A stretch of 64,000 bases of DNA. Origin: an uncultured Planctomycetaceae bacterium (GTDB taxonomy: Bacteria > Planctomycetota > Planctomycetia > Pirellulales > PALSA-1355). Below the pieces are notes generated by a model. That model did not search any database. It was not told the origin of the DNA and saw only the letters and a program-made list of their open reading frames with translations. The position numbers and the translations under genes were made by a program. Location: positions 256,001 to 320,000 of the forward strand of contig CAWAUV010000007.1 of the NCBI GenBank assembly GCA_963785305.1. The letters run 5' to 3'. Below are positions 32,715 through 44,787 of the stretch, one piece after another; positions within the stretch are counted from its first letter, which is position 1, and every line of letters begins with the position of its first letter.

Positions 32715-34350
32715 TTATTGCTTATCGGATTTTTCGACCCGCGGGCGGGTGTCTTTGTCCTGGGGGCCGGCCTCGTCGTCGTTCTTGCCCTGGGGCTCGA
32801 CTCGGTAGAGCGGCAGATAGCGGTAATAGACTTCGAGCGTCAAGCAGCTCAGGCTGGTTTGAAAAACGCGGCCCGCCTCGTCGCCCCAAGGATCTTTGGC
32901 CGGGTCCCAGCTTCCAGCCGCGCAACCCAACTTGATTTGCGAGTCGACCAGAATCTTGCGCATCGAGCGGTTCCAACCGTCCCAGAGCGGCCCCTGGAGA
33001 TTGTGCAGGACTTGCGTGGCGTAGTACCAGTAATACACATTCCGCCGATCATCGCGGGGCATGTGGGAAATCAAGTAGGCGCCGCCGCCTTGAATCACGG
33101 GGTCGTCTTTCGCGGCGCCCAAATACTGCGCGCACAAGAGGCCCACGGCGCTCATCGGCGGAGTGAAGCCCTTGTCGGCCATGTAGCCGAACTCGCCGGC
33201 GCCGTTGCCGCATGTCGCGAGATATCGCTTGGCGCCCTCGAGTGTTTGGCTGTTGACGCTTAAGCCAGCCATCTGGGCGCTCTTGAGCGTCATGACTTGC
33301 CAGCCGACGACGGAAGTGTCGCCCTCTTGCCGCGGAGCATATCGCCAGCCGCCTCCGGTCGGGTGCTGCGCATTCTCGATGAAATAAACCGCCTTCTGAG
33401 CCGCCGCGCCATAGGTCTTGTCGCGGGTCATGCCGAACGCTTCGCATAAGCAAATCGCGCAAAGGGCATGCGAGTACATTTGCGCTTGTCCGCCGACCGA
33501 GAGATCGCCATTGCCCTTCTGATTGGCGGCGAGCCAGTACAGACCGTTCTTGATCGTCGACTGATAGGGCCCCTTGTTTTGATGCGTTTGGCCGGCCGCC
33601 AAAAACGGCAAGAGCGCCATGGCGGTGGCGGCCGGGTTCGATTTGACCTTGCAAGGCTTGCCCACGCAGGATGGGTCTTGGCCTTTGCAGCGACTTACGA
33701 ATTCCGAGAGCGACCAGCTTCCATCGGGGCCTTGATGGCGCGCTAGCCAACTGAGCGCGGCCGCGACAGCTCGTTCCGTGTCCTTGGTGCGCCCGTCGCT
33801 TTGCGCGGGAACGTTGAACACGCAAGTTGCATAAATTAATTGGAAAGCCGTCTTTGCCGCCCGGGCCCTGTCCACGATCACCGCTGCGGCCACCATCGCC
33901 CTTCAACATCATCCCGCCTTTCAAGATCGATTTCAATGCGGGCGGCATGCCGGGCAGCGGCGCCAGGCCGCCCCCCGCGAGCCCGCCGCTGTTGTGCTCG
34001 AACAACGCTTCGGGCACGGTGTCGGCCGGTAGTTCGACCGCCGTGGGAGGCGGCGCGAGCGGGTCGGGATTTAAATCGATCGTCGCGGGCTGGGCTTCGG
34101 CCGACTCGAAATTTTCAATGTCGGGAATCGGCTCAACCTCGGCGCCTTCGAATCCCGGTCTCGTGCCCTCGGGCCGGGGCGCCACATACATCGCGCCGAG
34201 AATCAACATTGCCACCGAAAGAACCAAGAAGTGCGCCGTGGCGCTGGTGGCCCAAAACAAACCCTTTTCGGTAATCCAGACCTTGAACTTCTCGATGAGA
34301 GTTCGGAGCGTCGAGGGCTGCTCGCAGCCCGCCGTTTGGGTCCATGACAT
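32715..34350 (-). CDS. Prenyltransferase/squalene-oxidase-repeat protein, paralog 2; frameshift near 33830
   Basis: Same architecture and motifs as paralog 1 (EKGLFWATSATAHFL, WLARHQGPDGSW, LEVYYRYLPLY). Confidence 0.82.
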
Positions 34351-34732
34351 GGGAGAGCCCCCGCCCTTGGGAATCGATGCAATGAAAGGGAAATGCCGAA
34401 TGACCAGCCGACAACGCTTGCCAGCGCACGTCATTGCAAGCACGACTTGCCGGTGCGTTGGTCGAAGCTTCCCGCCAGACACCGAACTATCGCCGAGTCC
34501 GGAGCGATTTATTGCACGCCCGCGGCAACCAACGAAGCGATTGGCCGATCTTCAAACGTCAGTCGGCCAAACAGGCGTGCGACTCGGCGCCGTGAAACGC
34601 GGGAAGTCAACGTGCGGCCGGCGCCGCGCAAATCAGTCGCATTTTACTCGTTGGAAACGCCTTGCAAACATTGTGACGTGGGCCCCTCAATGATGCCGAT
34701 TAAATTCTCGACGTCGATGCGCGGAGCGTTAG

Positions 34733-35635
34733 TTATTCTCCGTACCCTGACAAACGCCACGAGAGTCGTTTGTCGAGTTCTTGAAGCACCGTGAAGATTC
34801 GCTCAACGTCGAATCCTGCAAAATCGTCGGCACGAAGCACCGGGCGCAGTGCCGCGTCGACTTGCCTGCGAAACGCATTGAACCGATCACTCAACACGTC
34901 CGTCGGCTCATCCTGGCACACTTGCAGCTTGCGCTTGACAAGCCCAAGCAGGTTGGCGTCCGTGACGTCAAGGATCGCTCTTTCGATCGCATGATGAAGA
35001 TCAAACAGATCACGTATCGCAGGCTCACGACGCGAGAGGGCCGCGCGGATTTTCTCCGCATAGGACTCACGTAGCGACATCGCAACCACCGGCATCGGGA
35101 CGATCACTCGCTTGGCGCTGAGCGGGTCGATTAGAATGGTCTCGGCAAGGCGCTCTCCGACAGCTTCCAGCACAGGTTCCCGCAGGCTGATTTCGATCTT
35201 GATCGTGTCCTGCTTCCCAGTGATCCGCGATGCGTAGGCGTAGGCACCGTTGTACTGGGTGCTCCTGTTTGCGCCCGTCAGCGGCTGCACTTCAATCAGC
35301 CACGACAACCTTGCAACCATCTCTCCAATGTGCTCTTTGGCATGCTTGATTGCTTCCCGTCTCTTCGATTGCGTTGCTGCACCGTCTAATGAAATGGCGA
35401 AGTCCAGGTCTTCGCTCAGGCGATGAAAGCCAGCATAAACCTTGCTGAGCGATGTCCCGCCCTTGAAAACCAGCCCGCGAGCAAACAGCGGCTGAAGATC
35501 GCGAAGAATCAGCGAGCAGAAATAATCCTTTTCGATGAGCCGCGAACTAAAGCCGGTCTTCGATGCCGTATACGCCAAGGCATCGTTGAATCGCCTTGAA
35601 TCGTCGTGCGTAAGCATGTCGGCTGCATCAGGCAT
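34733..35635 (-). CDS. abiEii: AbiEii/AbiGii-family nucleotidyltransferase toxin (type IV TA)
   Basis: IEKDY, LVFKGGTSLSK, RLSEDLDF, EKIRAAL, RDLFD. Confidence 0.9.
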   Translation of the reverse strand: MPDAADMLTHDDSRRFNDALAYTASKTGFSSRLIEKDYFCSLILRDLQPLFARGLVFKGGTSLSKVYAGFHRLSEDLDFAISLDGAATQSKRREAIKHAKEHIGEMVARLSWLIEVQPLTGANRSTQYNGAYAYASRITGKQDTIKIEISLREPVLEAVGERLAETILIDPLSAKRVIVPMPVVAMSLRESYAEKIRAALSRREPAIRDLFDLHHAIERAILDVTDANLLGLVKRKLQVCQDEPTDVLSDRFNAFRRQVDAALRPVLRADDFAGFDVERIFTVLQELDKRLSWRLSGYGE

Positions 35636-36422
35636 TGACTACGACCCTCCATCGATCCGACGCTTTTCCTCGTTTCGGCCGCGTTGGAATCCAGGGAATC
35701 AGGCTTGAGGTCGGTCGCAGCGTTTTTTCGATCTTCCGCAGCAGAGACTCCGGTACGTTCGCGTCCGCGAGCAACCACCCCATGCGTCGCAATGTTGCTT
35801 GATTTCCGTAGCGAAGGGACACCGAGACAAGCTCCGCGGCAAGATGGTCGTCCTTCTTTAGCTCCGCCCGAATCCAGTCGTATGCACGGGGCAATGTCTC
35901 AAAGCGCGACCAATCATAGACGGCATCCATCAGTGCGCGGGCCTTCGACGCGTAGACAAGTTTCAGCCCCTCCGGCGTTTTGACGACATCCGTAGCTCCC
36001 AGCCGATCGTCGGCCACCTTCACCAGCGTCAACTCCACGGCGCCAATGGCCCGGCGCCCTGAAATGCGATTGTTGTACACGAAGGTTCGATTTGGAATCT
36101 GATCGTCCCAGCCGTAGCGCGAAAATGCGTTAGCGCCGGAAATTTGGTACGCCCCCCTCAGGTCGTCAAAGAGCGTATTCAGGGCGAGGGCCTCGCTGGG
36201 AGTCCATGACCCACCGGGGGGAATCCGAGGTGGGACCAAGTAGAGACCGCGCCGCACTCGTGCGATCAGGTTTCGGCGGGAGAGGCGGCTAAGCAGCTTT
36301 CGTTCTTGCGGCGTGGTGAGCCCTAGCCGCTCGACGAGCTCGCCGCAGCGTACAGCGCTTTCGCCGCGGCTTTGGGTGTAACCGAAAAACCTTGTTTCGA
36401 GTTGAGTAAGGCCGGCAGCCAT
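35628..36422 (-). CDS. abiEi: AbiEi-family antitoxin (winged-helix N-terminus)
   Basis: LSRLSRRNLIARVRRGLYLVP wHTH motif, ARALMD; overlaps the toxin start by 8 nt. Confidence 0.8.
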   Translation of the reverse strand: MAAGLTQLETRFFGYTQSRGESAVRCGELVERLGLTTPQERKLLSRLSRRNLIARVRRGLYLVPPRIPPGGSWTPSEALALNTLFDDLRGAYQISGANAFSRYGWDDQIPNRTFVYNNRISGRRAIGAVELTLVKVADDRLGATDVVKTPEGLKLVYASKARALMDAVYDWSRFETLPRAYDWIRAELKKDDHLAAELVSVSLRYGNQATLRRMGWLLADANVPESLLRKIEKTLRPTSSLIPWIPTRPKRGKASDRWRVVVNA

Positions 36423-36547
36423 CAGCACGATATCCCGAATAAATTCCTGATTTTGGCATTTGGGAGAAATATAATACAATCAGACATACAAAATAATGCA
36501 CCATTATTCATGTCATTTCAAGCTGTTTTTATGACAAATTCACGTAA

Positions 36548-36606
36548 TGTTGTAGATCGGTACAACAATTGACGCCGCTATGGACTGTTGTATAATCAAT
36601 ACATCA
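36548..36606 (+). promoter_or_regulatory. Sigma70 promoter flanked by two operator-like palindromes
   Basis: TTGACG-N16-TATAAT (36569-36596); TGTTGTA-N6-TACAACA (36548-36567) and TGTTGTA-N7-TACATCA (36586-36606). Confidence 0.65.
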
Positions 36607-36629
36607 GCAAGTGACAAGAGGAGGCGAAA

Positions 36630-39600
36630 GTGCCTATTCAGAATGAATTTGGAGCATTTTTTCGGGCCAAGCGAATTGCGCTAGGCCTGCCGCTCCGAGA
36701 ATTCTGCCGCCGAAATGGGCTCGACCCCGGCAACATAAGCCGCTTAGAGCGCGGTCTACTTGCCCCCCCCCGTTCAGACGAGATATTGGACGCGTACTCG
36801 GATTACCTGAAACTCCCGCCAAAGTCCGAGGACAGGCAGACGTTCCGGACGCTTGCGGTTCAGGAATCCCTGCCCAAAGGGTTCCAAATCATACCCGAAA
36901 AAACTCGCCCGGGCGATCCGTGGGTAAACGCGGTGGACATCGAGGCCTGGGCCGACCTCATATCGGCACGTAGCGATCTACCTCGACTAATTCGGCGTCT
37001 CATTCGCGCAACGTCCGAGTCGACGCTGCGCATCGAGTTTGCCGCCGGTGAAGGAAGTCAACGGCCGGGCTGGGACGGAGTGCTCCAAGCATCAGCGGCG
37101 ACTACGAATGTCCCGGCTGGGCTGAGCGTCTGGGAACTTGGCACGGGCGCCGACCCTGCCCGGAAGGCCGAATACGATTTCCGTAGCCGGACAAAGAATC
37201 CGCTGGGCATCCGGCCCACCGATGCGACGTTCATATTTGTAACCGCCAGGCGGTGGAACGGAAAGGCCAAGTGGGAAGCAGAGAAAAACAAGCTAGGCCT
37301 TTGGAAAGAGGTTCGCGTGCTCGATGCCGACTCGCTTGAAGCTTGGTTGGAGCAGGCCCCTGCCGTCGAGACATGGTTTGCACGATGGTTGGGAAAACGA
37401 ACCGAAGGAATGCTCGACCTCGACGAATACTGGAAGAATCTCGCGGCAACGACCGAGCCGAAACTTACTCCGAGCATATTCCTAACGTCTCGTCGGAACG
37501 CCGACGTTCGCACACTTGAACAATGGCTTGGCCTCACGGCGTCGAACTCAAACGAGGACAGTCGTACCACGGACGCTTCGACTGCGGCAGGGGGTGCTTC
37601 GGCACTTGCCATCGAATCCGGCTCGCCCTCGGATGCGCTCGATTTTCTTGGAGCTTACGTTGCCAATCTAAGTGACGAGGATCGCGACGCTTTAACGTCC
37701 CGCATCGTTATCGTCGAAGACATCGCATCTTGGAACGTGCTATGCGACCACCAGCAATCCTTGACACTCGTCGCGAAACCCAGCCTGTCCTTGGAAGTCG
37801 AGGCGGTTTCTCAGGCAGTACGTAAAGGCCACCGGGTACTGCTTGCCTCTGATCGCTTTGCGCCAGGCCATTTCCAGACGCTCGCACTATCTCGCCCCGA
37901 CGCGTTCGAGCTTGCCGATGCCTTGAAAGGCGCAGGCTTTGAAGAAGAAGCCGCTCAAAAGCATGCGATTGATTGCAGCGGTAGCTTGACCGTTCTAAAA
38001 CGCCGTCTTTCCCGGTTCCCGGCGACCACTGAACCGGCATGGAGCCGTTCCGAAATCGCAGACAAGTTGGCGCCCCTTGTGTTGATTGGCTGCTGGGAAG
38101 ATGGTTCGATCGCCGACAACGGCATTGTCTCGCGCATCATGGAAAGAGGCTATGCGGAAGTCGCGGCTCTCGTCAGCCATGCGGCTACGCTCCCCGATCC
38201 TCCGTTGTTTCGTGTGCGCGGTCTTTGCAGCCTTACGTCACGCGAGGACTCCTGGGTCTTACTTGCACGCCGGTTGCGCGACGACCAGTTGAAGGCTTGG
38301 CAAAAACTCGCGGTCCAGGTTCTCACGGCCGACGCTCCCCAAAAAGTGTCCCAGCCGTTCTCCCATGAATCCGGAGCCGAACCGGAGGCGTATTCGGAGT
38401 CACTGCGCCTGGGCATCGCCGAGACCTTGGCGCTGTTCGCCGTCTATCCTAACGAATTCGGCGCGAATCGAGCAGTGGACGCCGCAACCGTCGATTACGT
38501 CGTAAAGAGGGTCTTAGGCGGCACTCCCGGTTGGCGCCGGTGGGCGGCGTTGCGAAGACAATTGCCTCTGCTTGCGGAAGCCGCGCCTGGCGCCTTCCTT
38601 GACGCGATCGAGTCGGAATTGCGGGCAAAAGGAGGAGACATCCTTCAGCTTTTTGCGGACGGCGACGATCCCCTTTTTTCACAATGCCTGCACTCGGGAC
38701 TTCTCTGGGCACTGGAAACCTTGGCATGGCATCCTTCGCACCTCCTACCGGTCAGTCTTGTCCTTGCGGAGCTGTCTGATCGTGATATTGGCAAGCGGTG
38801 GGCGAACCGTCCCATGAACAGCCTTTCCGAGATTTTCCTGCCTTGGTTGCCGCATACAGATGCCCGCGTCGAGGAACGCATCAAGGCCCTTCGGAGAATC
38901 ACCGAAAAGAAGCCGATGCCCGGCTGGCGCCTCTTACTCAGCCTGTTGCCGTCGTTCCACGGACACTCTATGCCGACGCATACGCCAAAATGGCGCAATT
39001 GGGCAGCGAACTGGAGGTCAAAGCCGACGAACGCCGACTACGCGCGGCAAATCCAATTTTGCGGTGATCGCCTCGTGGAGTTGGTGGGAAATGACCCAGA
39101 TCGATGGAGCGATCTCATTCAGCACATCGCGGCGCTGCCGCCGACATCTCGCAAGACCGCGCTTGCACAATTGTCCGGTCTTAACGTCTCCGAAATCAGT
39201 CCGGACGCCAGGCAAAACCTTGTGGAAAAGCTCCGCGTGCGGATACAGCGGCATCGCGCATTCCCAGGCGCACAATGGGTGCTTCCCACTAATGACATCG
39301 TGGCATTGGAACAAGCGCTCAGTCACCTCGAATCCGACGATGCCGTTGCGCCAATGCTTGGCTGTTCACGGATCATGTGGAACTATCCGAGCCGCGCGGG
39401 CCAGATTGGTCATGGGACGAAGAGCAAAAGAAGGTCGCCTTGATGCAGCGAGCCATCATTCGCGACGTTTTTGACCAGGATGGAATCGCGGGGGTACTCG
39501 AACTGGCCGAGGTTGTGAAAGCGCCCTGGTTGGTCGGTGAATTGGCCGCTGTCGAATTGGACATTGGCGCGACCGTGAATCTGCCAGCCAAATTGGTGGA

Positions 39601-40741
39601 CACAAGTCGAAAAATCAGTGGCTTCGCGAGGGGCTACGCTGGCCGTTCTTTTCGGAAAGGCGATTGGAATTGGGTGGAGAGCCTTCACGTCGACCAATGG
39701 TCCGCGGAGCAACTAGCAAGTCTAGCGACTGTGCTGCCCGTCGCTCGGAAAACTTGGCTCCTTCTTGAACAACATAGCGATGAAGCGTCACGCATTTATT
39801 GGGGCTCCGTATTTTTGCGGGGCATCGAGGATCCGTCGGATTTCCAATATGCCGTTTCGCAACTTCTCGCTCACCGACGACCGTTCGCGGCCGTGGGCGC
39901 GCTAAGCATGGCATTGCATCGCAAGTTCGATGTGCCCGCCGAGCTTCTGCTTACGACGTTGGAGGCGACTCTCCAACAGAACGTGGACACGCCGCCCGAG
40001 GACATCGGTCCGAGCATTGTCGACCTGCTCCACGAGTTACAAAGCCGCGAACCGCCCGTCGAAGAAACCCGACTTGCACGACTGGAATGGGCCTATATCA
40101 AGGTGCTCGACGGATTTCCGGCATCCTCGCGAACCTTGCACCGCCTATTGGCCAGCGAACCACGCTATTTCGCGGACCTGCTCGGAATGATTTTCAGTCC
40201 ACGGAGCGAGGTAGATGCGCCAGCGGAGGAGCCTTCCGCGGAACGGCGGGCTCTCGCGATGAATGGATACAGGGTCCTTACCTCGTGGGACCAAGTTCCT
40301 GGAGTCGATGCAAACAGCCAGACAGTGGACGGCGATGTTCTCGCAACTTGGATCGACACTGCCCGGGAGCTATGCCGCGAGACGGGTTACCTGGAGATTT
40401 GCGACACTAGAATCGGCGAAATGCTGGCGCACGCTCCGCCGGAAGCCGATGGAAATTGGCCCTGTATTGCCGTGCGCGACGTCATTGAAGCAATCGACGC
40501 CCCCGAGCTGTCTCGTGGCTTGGTCATCGGCAGGCTCAATTTGCCCGGCGTCACCGTGCGATCGCCGACGGACGGGGGAATTTTGGAGCGCAATGAGGCC
40601 GCAAAATATGCTGCCTTTGCCAAAGCGTCAGAGGCCGAATGGCCGGTGACTGCCGCGATGCTTCGGGAGATCGCGGACTATTACAACCACCGCGCTCGCG
40701 ACGAAGACGCTGAGGCCGAGGTGCGCCGCCTGGGTCGCTAA
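36630..40741 (+). CDS. About 1370-aa protein: XRE HTH, PD-(D/E)XK-like nuclease domain and long helical region; putative defence protein; frameshift near 39350
   Basis: FGAFFRAKRIALGLPLREF..GNISRLERG (XRE); GWDG..VWELG nuclease-like spacing; GAGGAGG RBS with GTG start. Confidence 0.7.
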
Positions 40742-40792
40742 TCCGAGTTTTGAGGAGTGGCAAGGCGATCTTACGCTTGGCTTACGATTCAG

Positions 40793-42512
40793 CTACCATT
40801 TGAGGCCGAAGCGTTCGCCGCCCGAGGCATGGCCGATGCCGCCTTTGAGCGGCTTCGAGCGCTGGGAAGTCTTGGCCGGCTCCGGCGGGGGAGCATTTTC
40901 CTCGGCCTCGCGCTGCGCCTGATCCTCGATCTCCTTCTTCGAGAGCGGCCGGGCCTCGAGCGCCTTGAGCGACAGACTGATTCGCTGTTGTTCGGCGTCG
41001 ACGCTTTGCACTTGGGCCTCGACCGTCTGCCCCTCTTGCAAGACATCCGACACGCGAAAAACTCGCTTGTGCGACAGCTCCGAAATATGCACCAGTCCCT
41101 CGATGCCCGGCTCCAGTTTGACGAACGCGCCAAACTCCATCAGCCGCGATACCACGCCGGTCACACGGGCGCGGGCCGGATAGCGCCTCGCGGCGCCCGA
41201 CCAGGGGCTCTCCGAAAGATCGCGAAAAGCGAGCCCGATCTTGCCGGTCTCCGGATCGATCTTTTGAATTCGCACTTTCACCTTTTGGCCTTCGGTGAGC
41301 GCCTCGTTCGCATGCTTGAGCCGGTCCCAGGAAAGTTGGCTGATGTGAATCAGGCCATCGATGCCCCCCAGATCGACAAACGCGCCGAATTCGCGCAGGC
41401 TGCGCACCGTGCCTTCGCGAACTTGGCCGACTTCCATCTCCGCGAGCAGCTTTTCGCGGGCCGCTTCTTTCTCGCGCTCCATGAGCGCTCGCCGACTCAG
41501 CACCAGCCTCCGTCGCGAGGGATTGGCCTCGGTGACCACGGCGAGCAGATTCTGCCCGACTATTTCCGCGAGGTTCTCGACGCGATAGAGTGAAATCTGG
41601 CTGGCAGGCATGAACGCATCCAAGTGACTCACTTCGCACTCGAGCCCGCCCGTGTTGTGGCCGGTCACGCGGGCCTCGACCGTCATGCCCTCGCTCACCT
41701 GCGACCAATCCTCGATCTTGGCCGCGCCGCCCGGCAGCACGACTTCATAGAGCCCATCGGCGGCATTGAAGCGGGCCACGCTCACTTCAATGACATTGCC
41801 CGCGGCGGGCGCCGGCGCCGATTCATCGGCTCCGCGAATGCCGATCAGCGAAAGCACGCCCTGATTGCGACCGCCCAGATCGAGAAACACATGATCGCGA
41901 TGCACCGCCAGCACCCGGCCGGAAACACGCGTTTCGGGCTCGAGCTCCACCGAGGTGGCGTCGCGGCCCGGCTCGAGCAGGGCGTCGAGCTCCTCGCCGC
42001 CAAGGGCCGCGGCCAGCTCGGCTTCGAGGTCGGCCGAGAGCGGCTCGCGCATATCTGGGCCGCGGAGCGCGGGCCTCGGACACCGGCTCCATGATGGCCG
42101 GTCGCGGTTTCGGCCCTTTTTCGCGGGGTCGATTTTTCGTGGCCTCGCGACGCTCGCCCGCGGATGCCGCCGCGGGCGCCGATGATTCCGCGGCGACCGG
42201 CGTCGCGGGATCGGACGACGGCGCTGAACCGATTGCGGCAGCATCGACAGGCGCACCGCCATTCGTCGGCTCGCTAGTGTCGGTCGTTGCGCTCGCCGCG
42301 CCAGAACTCGCCGGCTCCGAGCTCGCGAGCGGCGGAGCGGAGGCGGGGCGGTCCATGCGCATCGGCGCAGAGCCGGGCCGCTGCGAACCGATGCGAATCC
42401 GCCGCGACGATCGCGTCGCGTCGCTGGCAGCCGCGGCATCCGTGTTCGCGGGCTGGGAAGTCGCCTCGGCCGACGAAGCCTCGGGCGAGGGAGAATCACT
42501 CATGGAGCTCAT
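40793..42512 (-). CDS. S1 RNA-binding repeat protein (ribosomal protein S1-like) with disordered N-terminus; frameshift near 42070
   Basis: Repeated [20 protein letters not shown] / [22 protein letters not shown]1 motifs. Confidence 0.88.
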
Positions 42513-42769
42513 GGACAGACGCCTAAGACGGTTTTCAGAAAAAAGCCGGCGTTGATTCGCCCGCGCGCAAGAGGGCGGCGATCGAAAGAACGCGATTTCC
42601 AACACGGCCAAATCGCCGCGATCAAGGCGCCGCGGCGAGCCGAGTCGACACTCGCCCACGGTGGGCGAAACAGCGAGCCAGTTTAGCAGCGAAGCCGCGC
42701 ACTGTACAATATGCGCGACCCGCGAGTGTGTTTTTCAACAGGCGAATCTTCCGCCGGGGCGTGTGAACC

Positions 42770-43401
42770 ATGAGCTCAAGTGGCTTGCGAACCGAGGGAG
42801 CGACCATTGCATCGCTCTTGGGCGATGCCCCGCTCAATGAACTGGGCCCCGGTTCGCCGCGCGCCGCTGCCCGGGGGCGTTTGGAGGCGCTGCGTCTCGA
42901 AGCGTTGGGCGATGGCCGCCCGGTGGTCGATCGCGCGATGGCCCGCGCCTGCCTCGCCGCGCGTATGGTCTGCGCCACGATTATCTCGACGAATCGCATG
43001 CCATCAGCCAAGACCTCGACACGCTCGAGGGTAGCTATTGGCATGGAATTCTGCATCGCCGCGAGCCGGACTTCAGCAATGCCCGCTATTGGATGCGCAG
43101 GGCGCCGCGACATCCGATTCATGCCGAGTTGCTATCGGGCGCCCGCGACTTGGCGGGGCAAATGTCGACGGGGCCCGGCGCGGCGGCGCTGTTGAACGCC
43201 CCCGCCTGGAGCGCGGAGGCGATGGTCGATCTTTGCGAGCGAGCGCTCGGCGGGCCGGAGTCGCTCGACCTTTTGGTTCGCCGGATTCAGCTTTTGGAGT
43301 GGGAATTGCTGTTTGATTATTGCCACCGGGCCGCGTTTGGTTTGCCCGCGGCAAATGCGGCCGCCGCGCCCGGCGTGGCTAAAGAAAGCCGCCAAAAATA
43401 A
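42770..43401 (+). CDS. Conserved hypothetical protein; frameshift(s) near 42965
   Basis: After frame correction reads HDYLDESHAISQDL..GSYWHGILHRREPDFSNARYW..EWELLFDYC. Confidence 0.65.
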
Positions 43402-43472
43402 CGCGCCTACAATATCTCCGCATCTCCGCGTGCTTTTTACTTCATGCCAGCATCCCCCTCCGAGGCCAAGCC

Positions 43473-43916
43473 ATGTTGCAGTACGATTTCGAGGACAGCA
43501 TCGGCTATTGGGTCATGTCGACCGCGCATGAAATCTCGCGGGTAATGAACCAGGAGCTCGCCGCCCACGGCATCACTTTTCGCCAGTGGGAAGTGCTGGT
43601 CTGGCTCTCGATCCATGGCGAACAGTCGCAGAGCGTGCTCGCGGAACGCATGCTCGTCGAGCCGCCGACCTTGGTCGGAGTGCTCGATCGCATGGAGCGC
43701 GACGGCTGGATCGAGCGAGCGCCGGTCGAAGGTGATCGCCGCAAGAAGCAGATTCGCGTGACCAGCAAAGTCGAGCCGATGTGGGCCAAAATGGTGGCCT
43801 GCGCCCATCGCATGCGGTCCAAGGCCGCCGGCGACCTGACCCCCAGCCAACTGACGGCCATGCGCGACACCCTGGCCGCGATTCGTGTAAATCTCGGCGG
43901 CTGCGAGAACCCGTAA
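43473..43916 (+). CDS. MarR-family transcriptional regulator
   Basis: QSVLAERM..LDRMERDGWIER..DRRKK. Confidence 0.93.
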   Translation: MLQYDFEDSIGYWVMSTAHEISRVMNQELAAHGITFRQWEVLVWLSIHGEQSQSVLAERMLVEPPTLVGVLDRMERDGWIERAPVEGDRRKKQIRVTSKVEPMWAKMVACAHRMRSKAAGDLTPSQLTAMRDTLAAIRVNLGGCENP

Positions 43917-44129
43917 GCCCGCATCGGACCCGGTCGTTTTTCGGCCAAAAGAGTTGCATTGCGCAAGGAAGCGATTAGCGCGAGGCGGCCGGCCACGACA
44001 TCGGCCCACCCATAAGCTATATAAGAAGGAAGGGAATTTCCCGCGGCGGCGGGCGGACTTCCTGATCGTGGCGCGGGTCGGCATCGACACGCACTGGAAA
44101 GCCCGGGCCGGAGGGGGAGAGCGTTTGCC

Positions 44130-44748
44130 ATGTCGTTTCAGTTCCTTTGCCCACAAGGCCATTTGCTGCAAGGAGATCCCGCGCAGCAGGGAATGCAAAC
44201 CCAGTGCCCGCTCTGCGGTCTGGTGTTCGTGATTCCCCACATGGCCGGCCCCGCGCCGGGCGCCTACGGCCATCCTCAGCAGGGCCATCCTCAACAGCAA
44301 CATTATCCCCAGCAGTACTCGCAGCATCCCAGCGCCGGCTATCCGGGAGCAGCGCCCGGCGCCGAGCAGTTTGCGCCGGCCCCCGAACCGCAATATCCGG
44401 CGTTCGACCCAGCCAACGCGGAACCGGCCGGCGCCGACGAGCGACCTGGCCGACGATCTCGAGCAGGTGGATGCGCCCGAGGGCGATGTGGCGCCCGGTT
44501 TCTTGCACATTCCCTGCCCCAATGGCCACGAGCTCGAGACCCCACTCGAAATGCTCGACCAAGAAGTGCTTTGCCCGCACTGCGGCGCGCAATTTTTATT
44601 GCGCGAGGAAGACAGCGTCGAACATCGCGAGGAGCTCGAAGCGCTCGACCGGCAACGGGCGCACCTGTGGTTCAATTGGGCGATCGCCGCCGCCGTGATC
44701 GTGGTCGTCGGCCTGTTGGCGATGGTGATCGTGGCGATGCGAAGCTGA
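44130..44748 (+). CDS. Hypothetical protein with two zinc-ribbon motifs and a C-terminal TM helix; frameshift near 44440
   Basis: CPQGH..CPLC and CPNGH..CPHC, Pro/Gln-rich linker, hydrophobic C-terminus. Confidence 0.65.
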
Positions 44749-44787
44749 TTGCCCGCCCTTGCGCGGCGCGTTGCCCGTCTCGAGCGC

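Noticed and set aside
30501..34350. Hopanoid/terpene biosynthesis cluster
   Set aside because: Proteins lack the DxDD motif and two-domain size of squalene-hopene cyclase; no hpn or isoprenoid genes are adjacent.
34500..40790. Integrative element or prophage around the defence islet
   Set aside because: No integrase, transposase, tRNA target or flanking direct repeat was found by eye.
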